Position numbers and translations under genes: made by a program. The notes under the pieces were generated by a model that saw only the letters and a list, made by a program, of their open reading frames with translations, was not told the DNA's origin and made no database searches. From Azolla caroliniana (Eukaryota > Plantae > Polypodiophyta), in contig JBHGNT010000693.1 of NCBI GenBank assembly GCA_043228905.1, forward strand, positions 1 through 17,504: a DNA stretch of 17,504 nucleotides, in the 5' to 3' direction. Every line of letters starts with the position of its first letter. Positions within the stretch are counted from its first letter, which is position 1. Positions 9,801 to 17,504 of the stretch are shown one piece after another.

Positions 9801-12755
9801 TTGGTACCGATCGCCAACGACCACGCCTCCCCGTCGGTATTAAAACAACATTTTTCTATGGTCGCCTTATCCAGGAGCACCCAGCAACCTTCTGAATTGA
9901 CTACGTACTCGCTGACTCCGATGCGATTACCCAAAACTAGCATGCCAACAGGGGGTGATTTCAAACTAGGTCGGCTTCTGACGTTGTGGCCGGACGCACC
10001 GCACTTGATAACCTTTAATAAAGATTTAAAACTAACCGTGAAAAATAAATTATTTACCGCATACCGTAAAATGGTTTGCCTATGTAAACTATACATATTT
10101 TTTTCGTTGCTTTAAAGTCATGTAAGACATTTGTTACTTTTGGAAAAACATCATGATGTTACATCTAAAGGGATAACTTTTTGTTGGAACCCTGTATATT
10201 ATTTTTACTACACAAAAATTAAGAAAAAGTATGTATTTGGTATATACTATTAAATAGTTTGTCTATCTAAACCAAAAATATTTTTTTCGTTGCTTTAAAA
10301 TCATGTAAAAAGTTTTTTTGAAAAAAATCATGATGAAATTTAAACTCAGAAATTTTTGCTCAAACCCTTTATATTATTGTTATTATATTACGTATATGAA
10401 TTTGGTGTATTTTCCTGTATTACTAAAATGATTTATCGATAGCTCAAGATCAGATAAAGTTAAAGAAAAAAGTGGATCTGTTAAACACACTAAGAGATAA
10501 CTAAGACTAAGGCTATTTGACAACGTTTCGTCTATACTACTACTCAGTACATATGATTTATGCGTGTTACTTACCTTATAGCTGATAGGTGAACCTTTAC
10601 TCGAATTCCGGATCTCGGGCAATTTGCGCATAATGGTATCAGTAATAACCTGTTCCAAAATAGACTTGGGTTCCTCGACGGGTAAAAGCAATGTTTTGCC
10701 CAAATGCTGATTATACTGAAGGCACCAAGCTTCAATCACTTGTGGATTGCAATACTGGCGAACGGTATCGGCGGAAAGTCTTAACCAGACTCCGTCGTCG
10801 TTATGTATCTGAAATAAAAACGTTATATTGTATTTCAAAATAAACATTTAAACATCTTAAAACCGACTAATAATTTATTTGACAATCTTGTTAAAAAAGT
10901 ACAACATTTTTATCAATTGAGATTCACCTGTCATTGATAAAAATATCAAATATTACCCTGCTCTAAATAAATAAAATGCTTTAAACAATTATTTATAATG
11001 GATACTTTACCTCATCTATAAATACTATAGTTCCGTTCACATGAACGATACCAATTTGTTCACTTTGTAACGACGGATGTGCTCGAATTCTTAAGCCCGC
11101 CGAATTTTTAGCAACGAATTTTCGTACTTTACTGGGTTGATTGCTGGTTTTTTTGTTGCTGTTTTGGTTTGGGGGTATCATGCCTTGGGGCGGTTCTTTT
11201 ACCTAAATTTTTAATTTATTTATTTATAATGACACAATTTTATTTTTCAAGTGAGTAAAATGATTTTTTACATTTAACAGTAAATATATCTACCTCTACT
11301 TTAAACGCTTCTTCCATCTCGTAACCGTCAATGTTAACAATGATAGAGTAACAACCTACAGCGGATGGTGTCCAGGTGGCGCTGTAGGTTCCATCTAAAT
11401 TTGGTCTCACTAACATATTTTCACTTGATCGTTTAACAGAAGGTGACGTATACCTATAAAATGTCAAAAAAAAATCAAATATCAATAAATTTGTCTTGCT
11501 TAAAACTTCTATATTCTAGAGACTGCTCCATAAAATATAAAATTCTAAAACAATGTTATTAAATTTACCTTAATTCTTCAAACGAATAATTTTGGTACGG
11601 TTTCATAACTGTAATAGAATGAAAACGCATTTTATCTCTTATCGTTGGCTCGTAGTTATGATGTAAGGGTGGAGGTGGAAGTCCTCCAAAAGTCAACGGA
11701 TCCGGTTGACTCACCCTTCTCATTTTGCGTCCGGCGTCACAATCTCCCAGTTCCTTTTTGTCAATTGGTAGTGCTTTTACTTCAACCTTTTTAACGAAAC
11801 AATATGGTAGTGTACAGATAATGATAACGGTAAAAAAGCACATATTTATCGTACCCAAAATGATTTGTACTAAAATATTCTACTGGGTATTTTTTTTTAT
11901 CATTGGACTTATTGAAAAAAAAATATGAAAATATGAACTCGTCTAGAACAGTAGGGCCATGCCACTACTGTTAAATAATGGTAAATACTTAAAAGCTTCT
12001 AAAGTACAGTAGATAAAAAAATTAAAGCTATAGTTTACATACTGATTTACTCTGGCATTAAAATGGTATAATAGCTTCCTATCCATTGCAATTGTGCATT
12101 TCTGCTTTTAGGTTTAAGTGTATTTTATATCAAGACACACCTATATCGTAGTACTAGCAAAAAATATTCTCAGATATTTCAAATTGAGACCATACACATC
12201 TTATATTTATTTTGAGTAACAAAATGTCGGGTTTTCTAATTAATTAGGGTGCCACAAAGAATGCAGTTCCATATATTAACATGCCATTTTGGCTTAGAGA
12301 ATTTCCATAAATTTCATTATGATAGCTAAAAAAAATACTACTGCGTAAATTGACTTACTCAAAAAAACAGCATTATCAAGAGTAGCTTAAACTAAATATA
12401 TTCTTTGTATGAATGTCATATTTTAATTTGGAAACAGAATACAGTAACAACTCAGTCCCATTAAATACAATATGTTTTAATGTTTAATAATTAAATGACA
12501 TATTGATTAGTATGTTCTTTTTGTATCCTCACCTTCATATTAGGTACGTGAACAGCATCCCCGTACTGATCCCTCGTTAATACAGTCACTATAGCCGGCC
12601 ATCCTTGTCTAAGATCGTCCCTCGCACACAATACTTTACACTGAGATGGCTCTGCGCGACTTCCAGGTTGAAGCCACTGCGCCAGTCTACCTCCGCTGGA
12701 ACCCGCGACGCATCCAACAAAATCCCGAAGAAAGAGTCGTTCATTAGAGTGGGCA
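611..12755 (-). CDS. hiw: E3 ubiquitin-protein ligase highwire/MYCBP2 (PHR family), partial multi-exon gene span (17 exons traced; both ends outside window)
   Basis: Spliced translation contains recognisable MYCBP2/Hiw blocks: [134 protein letters not shown]. All introns are GT-AG. Confidence 0.96.
996..1222 (-). CDS. hiw: hiw/MYCBP2 exon P ([15 protein letters not shown]...[16 protein letters not shown])
   Basis: Acceptor TTTTAAG|CT, donor AAG|GTAATG; 227 nt. Ends in phase 0 while the next exon needs phase 2, implying one extra base near its end. Confidence 0.85.
1532..1737 (-). CDS. hiw: hiw/MYCBP2 exon O (Cys-rich: [51 protein letters not shown]); two apparent +1 insertions
   Basis: Acceptor TTTTACAG|AA, donor C|GTAAGT; 206 nt. 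The conserved MYCBP2 block is recovered only after dropping one base from each of the 5-nt runs at 1654-1658 and 1620-1624. Confidence 0.88.
1892..2022 (-). CDS. hiw: hiw/MYCBP2 exon N (IPTPKDRSKNSE...Lys-rich...MPPRNYL); one apparent +1 insertion
   Basis: Acceptor TGTTTAG|ATA, donor G|GTATGA; 131 nt. As written there is an in-frame TAA at 1924-1926; removing one A from a homopolymer opens the frame and gives the phase 1 needed by exon O. Confidence 0.75.
2114..3059 (+). mobile_element. Decayed, internally deleted mariner (Tc1/mariner) DNA transposon
   Basis: Broken transposase: HTH region (IKDVYSNRAPALRTVNKWF), WIPHIL (WVPHEL motif), RVITGVEK (TGDEKW-like) and C-terminal RWERVIETGGKYITD*. 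Right end ...GGGGCACGAATTTTTGCACGCACCTGA-TA at 3025-3059; a partial inverted match TCGTGCCTGATATTC at 2114-2128. Several stops and frameshifts. Confidence 0.88.
3181..3426 (-). CDS. hiw: hiw/MYCBP2 exon M (VSNAGNYLHIQPSTLESLTRS...LVYLWEEL...MSEQ)
   Basis: Follows a 56-nt intron; acceptor TTACAG|GTT, donor CAA|GTGAGT; 246 nt, phase 0 to 0. Confidence 0.9.
3483..3647 (-). CDS. hiw: hiw/MYCBP2 exon L ([17 protein letters not shown]...RQRHSVE)
   Basis: Acceptor TTCTTTAG|GGC, donor GAG|GTGGGG; 165 nt, phase 0 to 0. Confidence 0.9.
4018..4105 (+). mobile_element. Penelope-like retroelement RT fragment
   Basis: LKNNITIKMLP/ADKGSATVKADFTDYKN, with one frameshift at CCC 4048-4050; PADKG is the characteristic N-terminal motif of Penelope-like RTs. 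Confidence 0.6.
4101..4177. repeat. AT-only low-complexity tract
   Basis: About 75 nt almost entirely A/T between the Penelope-like fragment and hairpin copy 1. Confidence 0.7.
4178..4338. repeat. Hairpin (foldback) repeat element, copy 1
   Basis: 30-bp inverted arms 4178-4207 and 4268-4297 (2 mismatches), then a unique tail (TTTGATACCAACAAACATT...TATGGGAACTTT) shared with copy 2. Confidence 0.85.
4738..5052 (-). CDS. hiw: hiw/MYCBP2 exon K (DDQSSKKLTQTGTQTSPE...[12 protein letters not shown])
   Basis: Acceptor TTTTCTAG|GAC, donor GAG|GTATGC; 315 nt, phase 0 to 0; same frame as ORF 4648..4953. Confidence 0.9.
5517..6043 (-). mobile_element. RTE-clade non-LTR retrotransposon fragment (end of RT and C-terminal region)
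   Basis: Minus-strand pieces LGDIFKNL, KVVNEYLYL, GWTACGKLSDIF, VFDQCVLPTLTYAAETW, IAQRK.ERNILGIRLQD, WIRQKTKVIDIAERVARQKWKWAGHL follow the RTE C-terminal pattern; stops and frameshifts present. Confidence 0.88.
6559..6758 (-). CDS. hiw: hiw/MYCBP2 exon J (PTCPEVTRRGSNQSDTSALLSSLTRDLSQSPSQ...KRECS)
   Basis: Not in the ORF track. Acceptor TATTAG|GT, donor TCG|GTAAGA; 200 nt, open, phase 1 to 0; locally raised GC. Confidence 0.85.
7138..7215 (-). CDS. hiw: hiw/MYCBP2 exon I (small exon, RPCPQDSGSSSPIIYSSRSVGISPL)
   Basis: Not in the ORF track. Acceptor TTTTTTGATAG|AT, donor G|GTTTGT; 78 nt, open, phase 1 to 1, fits neighbours. Confidence 0.7.
   Translation of the reverse strand: MDPVLKIAVVAVPLYTHQEVLVYRL
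7241..7419. repeat. Hairpin (foldback) repeat element, copy 2
   Basis: About 52-bp imperfect inverted arms 7241-7292 and 7321-7373, then the same tail as copy 1. Confidence 0.85.
7694..7857 (-). CDS. hiw: hiw/MYCBP2 exon H (NEGFSDVPS...SASPIALS; Ser/Pro-rich)
   Basis: Acceptor TTTTGTAG|A, donor A|GTAAGT; 164 nt, phase 2 to 1. Confidence 0.82.
7998..8245 (-). CDS. hiw: hiw/MYCBP2 exon G (VISDTNQKRGFNF...EEGQ)
   Basis: Acceptor CTCCTAG|GTG, donor GC|GTAAGT; 248 nt, phase 0 to 2, matching both neighbours. Confidence 0.82.
9574..9655 (+). mobile_element. Short, heavily 5'-truncated RTE LINE/SINE 3' end with (GAT)n tail
   Basis: GCCTATGTCCTGCAGTGGA resembles the insect RTE terminus (AYVQQW); GATGATGAT tail at 9646-9654; flanked by ATTCGATT at 9566-9573 and 9656-9663. 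Confidence 0.65.
9755..10012 (-). CDS. hiw: hiw/MYCBP2 exon F (VIKCGASGHNVRSRP...ESDNPQ)
   Basis: Acceptor TTAAAG|GTT, donor CAA|GTAAGT; 258 nt, phase 0 to 0. Confidence 0.9.
10061..10378 (+). repeat. Diverged local direct duplication (two units of about 140 bp, period about 183 bp)
   Basis: 10061-10203 vs 10244-10378 share in order GTTTG.CTAT.TAAAC, ATATTTTTTTCGTTGCTTTAAA.TCATGTAA, ATCATGATG and AACCCT.TATATTATT. Confidence 0.8.
10575..10808 (-). CDS. hiw: hiw/MYCBP2 exon E (IHNDDGVWLRL...SPISYK)
   Basis: Acceptor TTTCAG|ATA, donor AAG|GTAAGT; 234 nt, phase 0 to 0. Confidence 0.92.
11011..11202 (-). CDS. hiw: hiw/MYCBP2 exon D (VKEPPQGMIPP...GTIVFIDE)
   Basis: Acceptor TTTAG|GTA, donor GAG|GTAAAG; 192 nt, phase 0 to 0. 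Confidence 0.9.
11294..11453 (-). CDS. hiw: hiw/MYCBP2 exon C (YTSPSVKRSSENMLVRPNLDGTYSATWTP...FKVE; second half of filamin-type repeat)
   Basis: Acceptor TTTATAG|G, donor GAG|GTAGAT; 160 nt, phase 2 to 0. Confidence 0.9.
11569..11786 (-). CDS. hiw: hiw/MYCBP2 exon B (VEVKALP...[10 protein letters not shown]; RAE1-binding GLEBS-like motif)
   Basis: Acceptor AAAAAG|GTT rebuilds NMK-VEVKA; donor AG|GTAAAT; 218 nt, phase 0 to 2. Confidence 0.9.
12533..12755 (-). CDS. hiw: hiw/MYCBP2 exon A (AHSNERLFLRDF...VHVPNMK; start of filamin-type repeat)
   Basis: Acceptor TTTCTAG|T, donor AAG|GTGAG; 223 nt, phase 2 to 0; inside ORF 12491..12766. Confidence 0.9.
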
Positions 12756-15700
12756 CTAGAAATCAACCATACAGTTTAATTAAAAGTCGTAAAAAAGTTT
12801 AAAAAATGTACTTATCATGTCAATAAAAAGATTGACAAATTGTGTAAGACAAAATGAAGATATGATCAATGTGTTAACCCAGAATAAAGCTTTTCCCTCC
12901 TTAATATCCACCCGATAACTGACAGTTAATTTAATTAAGCAACAGAATGTGTATATTTAATAGCTTTAAAGGTATGTTATGTGAGGTCATTTAATGAGTT
13001 TAGTTTTACTGCACCGAAATTTTTCACAGACAGCTTTAAAAAGCGTATATATTTTTTAAAAGTCCATTTGATGTTTTAGTTATATATTTTTAATTTATTG
13101 TAGACGGGTCGTCCCCTTACGAAGATAATCTAGTACACAACAAAAAAAAGAATTAAGAGTATTTTGACAATATGGTGAAGTTTTATTCTAAAAGACCCAA
13201 AACTCATGAAAATGTGAGATTTGTACATAGTGATGTGTTTTCAAAGGTAACGCCTTTTACCATTATATTAATCAATTTTAAAAAATACGGATCAGTATTA
13301 TAAGTCTGTTTCATGTTACTTTGGAAAATATGTATCGATATGTTAAAAAAAAAAATGGATATTCAAACTTTTGGAAAGATTGAAAAACCACAGATTAGGG
13401 TAGTTTGTATCTTTTTTCACAAAATATTTATAGATACAACTGTTTTCTTTAGTTAAAATATCATTTACAAATTTTTGCTGTTTTAAATATCATTGCAACA
13501 ACAGAAAAGTCCAGGTAATTTTTACAGATAGCCTTACAGATAATAAAATTTCTTTCGAAGCCCCAAACATCGCAATTAAAATTATCTCTCTTAGTATTTT
13601 ACTGTATTGTTTCAAAGGGGGGTTTCTTATTAAGCTAATTATTTATTTATGCTGTACTTTGTATGGTTTTTGGCTTCAAACAATTCGAAGTGCTGTTTAA
13701 AAACAAACTTGTTTTTAACCATGTACTTAGTTTTAGAAATAGTTAAATTTATATTATACAACTAATAAAAAATCATTGGTTCATTTATCTTACTAACTCA
13801 TCACTGTCAACTATTTATATAAACTTTAAAAATACATTTAGGTTATCCATAAAACTATTTATTTTAACTTACAAAGTTTAGTTTTTCGGTAATATGTCTA
13901 ATACAAAACAAATATTAGTCATATATTTTTGCAAAACGACTTTTTTTTATTTGTTTAAATGAATGGTGTATCCTTTGGGGAAATGCTGGTATGACATCTT
14001 CATTTTTTGAAAATTTTAGGTTTTCTTCGTGTGTTTTCGTAAAAAATATCCTAGTTCCAAGAGATAATATAAAACGGTGTATTCAGAGAACCAACCGTCT
14101 TCTGATAAATCAGTCACTGATACATTTAATTTAAAATAGAATTGGACATATATTTTAGTTCTTTTATATCTTACGCGTAACATATACCCTGTAATACCAA
14201 CGAAGATCAACACGTATATTCATTTTACTGTAATGGATACCGTGTATACACCAGAGCAAACTACACTCTTCTGCTTTTGCTACTGTTATATTTTTTATAA
14301 ATATATTTTTGGATAAGATAAAATGTAGAGTGGGTGTAAATAAACAAACATGCCATTGTGTTTTAACATTGTTCTTTTAGACAAAATTTTTTCGGCAATA
14401 AATCACACGCCCCAAGTACAATAACATACAGGAAACACCTAAAGAAGTTTATTGTACCTAAAGTGTAAAATCCTAGAAATCGTTGGGAATAGAAAGGATC
14501 ATAGGCAGGTAGTAATATTTGGTTGGCGTTATGTCATTTCTTTAAAGAAATTCCAAACGTATAATAAAAAAGTAGTTCTTTTTTTTTATGATTTCTATGA
14601 AATCAATAAAATCATCTTTAATTGGAAGCAGATGATTTTAAAAGTAATTAAAAAAAGTAAAATATAATAAAGTCAGGTGGTTATTATAACTTTATTATTG
14701 GTATTAAAATTATTTCTATTATTGATACTATTGTTGGTATTTTTATTATTACCATTATCAATCGGTAAACTATTTACAATTTTTTCCCGCGCTATACTTC
14801 AACTGATAATTATCTCCGCCGGTAGTTCAGTGGTTTCAATGATTTCGTTTTACCACTGAGAATCTAAAAACCGTTCTATTCTGGTTATGCAAATGCAAAA
14901 TGAACTTCTCTTGTTTACTATCTCTACTTAAGAGTACTTAGAGATAAATCATTTTTATTATTTCCTTAATGATGTGGATTAAACAGACATTATTGAGGTT
15001 AACGATTTGTGTGGTATATCTAAGATAACTAAACTTGTTTTGCTAAGATAATTAATTGAGATTCTTTTTTATTATAAATCTATAATTGTAGAAATTTAAT
15101 ATGATTATATTTTTGCATTATCAAAAAAGATTAATATATATGTGGACTTACATACATACATTGTATTAAAGATAAGAATCAAGTATTTAAATAAATTGAT
15201 TTTAATATTAAAACATGTCTGTTTTTTGTAGCATGCTGCCTATTAAGCCCGCAAAGCACTAAAAGTGGAATCCTGTCGAGATTTTGAGCTTTTAAAAAAA
15301 TGCATTTGCTTTGAATAAATTAAATGTCCACCAAAGAAATGAACAGGTACGCAGAAGAACAAAGGAGAAAAATAGAAAACACATCATTGAAATGTACATG
15401 ACGTAGGGGAGCCATGCAAATTTAAATCGACAATTAACAAACTTATAAAAGTTGGTAATAATTTACTTTGTAAGAAAAGCAATTAATTTTAATTAGGACT
15501 TTTTTCCCTGACGAAAACCTGCCAACTAGCCATTTCGTCGACAATTAAGTATTTGAGAGCCGCAATAGTTTGTACACCTTACATAAATATTGCGTAACCT
15601 AATATTCAACGTTCTAATAAAGAATCTTACAATTCGTTAGTCTAACTTATCACCCATATTTATTTATTTTTTATCACTGTGGAAGAGTCGGAACCGATAC

Positions 15701-16994
15701 AATGTTCATATTAAACGTTTATCGTTGTTTTAAAAGTTAAACATATTTATATCTGATTATACTATTAAAAAAATCAAACGTTAAGTTAAATTTAAATGCA
15801 ATTAAACGCATTAAAGGCTCCAAGAATAATACCTTGTGGAACACAAGACTTTTGGAAAGATAGCGTTACCGTAACATTAATATATGAGCTTTCCCGTATC
15901 GCTATGACCGGCCAAAACTTGCTGGATTTTCATTTCTTTATCATCGTGAGTAATATTTATCACGACTGAACAAAGAAAACAGCTGAAGTAGGTACCCATA
16001 TAGCCGACGAAAGAGAGGCGGAGAGAGACGGAAATATTAGAATGTGTACTGCTGCGTAAAGCATGGGCGGTACTTGGGTGAAAAATCAATTTTAAAGTTG
16101 GTTACTTATATATAAAATAAATGAATGAAAAAATGTATAATTAAAAGACGACTCTTAATCAGTTTCTTTAAAAAAAATAATATTTACTGGATTAAAACCA
16201 GAGATAAATATGTCATCTAATAGTTGGAGCTGAGCCAGAGAACGGTTTATATTAAAAGTTTAAAATATGTCATCAATGTGCAAAAAAATAGCAATTATTA
16301 CAGGACACAATGATACCTTCAAAATATCTTGAATGAATGTCACAACGAAATATCCTTTGTAGTTTAGTTAGTTTGATACATTGATTTAAAAATCAGGGAG
16401 CAGAAAACATTTATCTTATGGAAACCACCTTCGCAAAGAGATCTTAAAGTGTTAAATTTGATCGATGGCGGTGGAAAATACAATCCGCTATCATTAACAA
16501 ACTAAAAGACTCCAAGATATCCTGTGTGACACAAAACTACCTACTTAAATTAATTAATTGGATGAATTTTGTATAACTTATTAGTTTACTCAAAGGACCC
16601 AATATATCCTGCATATGTAATATAATAAAAAAGAATCAATTTAATATTCGACTTAATTAGAATTTTTAAAAAATACTATTCCTTATAAGACTGTAAATGT
16701 TTTTAAAAATTAGAGCATTATTATTCAAATAAAAAGTTAAGCTTGTGCCTAAGGTATTGCCTAAATTATTAAACATAAAGACACATCAAAAACGTACACA
16801 ATTATTGAACACATCTTATAGATTTATAAAAACAAAGATTTTATTTTGTATAAAAATACGAATTGTTCTTTTCTGTATTGAAAAAGCAAAAATTAAATAT
16901 TCATAAATACAAAATATTCTGTAATTAAAAAGTTTATAAGAATATACTATTGTTTTAGTCATTTAATTAGTATATCAAATGCAAGTTTCTTTAC

Positions 16995-17504
16995 CTATAA
17001 TTTTTCTACATAATTTCCTCTCATATTTATGCATTTTTCCGATCCGAAGTTTTTTTTTATTCTTTCATTAAATAATGAAGCTGATCTTGCAAGTAGCTCA
17101 ATTTCGCACAAATGTTTCCACACATCATTATCAATATGGTGACCTCCCAAGTCTTCTTTAAGTGGCCCAAACATATAATAGTCACATGGCCACAAATCAG
17201 TATTGGCGGGAGCGTTCGGCAATAAATTTCGCACAATTTTTCTTTGGTCGATACAGCAGTGTGTGACCGAACTTTGTCATGAATCAAAATGGCATTTAGT
17301 ATAAGCATGCCTTGCCTTTTTTGCCGATATGTCAGATTTCCTTGTGTTAGTAGTTGTCAGCAGTAAGCAACAAAATATCGTTAAAAAACGTTTCTCGCAG
17401 GAAGACGAATCTTGGCTTTTTGTGGTACTGCCTGTGTGGTTTTAGCCACTTCATGCTTGCTCGCTTCGACTCAGGAGTGTAATAATGCACCGACGTCTTA
17501 TCAC
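16995..17504 (-). mobile_element. Decayed mariner transposase, catalytic/C-terminal part, running off the window edge
   Basis: DKTSVHYYTPESKRASMKW (GDETWVH-like), LIHDKVRSHTA (HDNARPH-like), LLPNAPANTDLWPCDYYMFGPLKEDLGG (PYSPDLAPSDY-like) and EKCINMRGNYVEK, in shifting frames. Confidence 0.9.

Noticed and set aside
7732-12802. Plus-strand ORFs 7732..7944, 9762..10115, 11725..11928 and 12605..12802
   Set aside because: Each overlaps a hiw exon on the opposite strand and is explained as an antisense shadow.
14016-14859. ORFs 14016..14213, 14452..14667 and the hydrophobic ORF 14677..14859
   Set aside because: Compositional artefacts; the Leu/Ile run comes from TTA/ATT low-complexity sequence, not a supported membrane peptide.
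1-17504. CRISPR array, rRNA/tRNA genes or a prokaryotic operon/defence system
   Set aside because: No regularly spaced repeats or structural RNA signatures seen; the window is an intron-rich eukaryotic gene.

Overview
AT-rich eukaryotic genomic DNA, probably insect (a beetle is plausible; this is inferred from protein style, intron sizes and transposon types). The whole window lies inside one minus-strand gene for the giant PHR-family E3 ubiquitin ligase highwire/MYCBP2/RPM-1. I traced 17 GT-AG exons (12755 down to 611, about 3470 nt, about 1150 aa of the protein's middle part): filamin-type repeat, RAE1-binding GLEBS-like motif, two SH3b-like repeats, a Ser-rich region and a Cys-rich segment. 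Both gene ends lie outside the window. The first 13 exons join in phase, but four single-base insertions between about 1019 and 1932 break the frame; assembly error is the most likely cause. Introns hold two decayed mariner elements, two RTE-clade LINE remnants, a Penelope-like fragment with a possible decayed hammerhead, two copies of a hairpin element with CTCF-like motifs and a flipped core, and a local duplication. I found no prokaryotic-type system and cannot support a wholly new system; the hairpin element is the best unexplained structure. All alignments and translations were done by eye.
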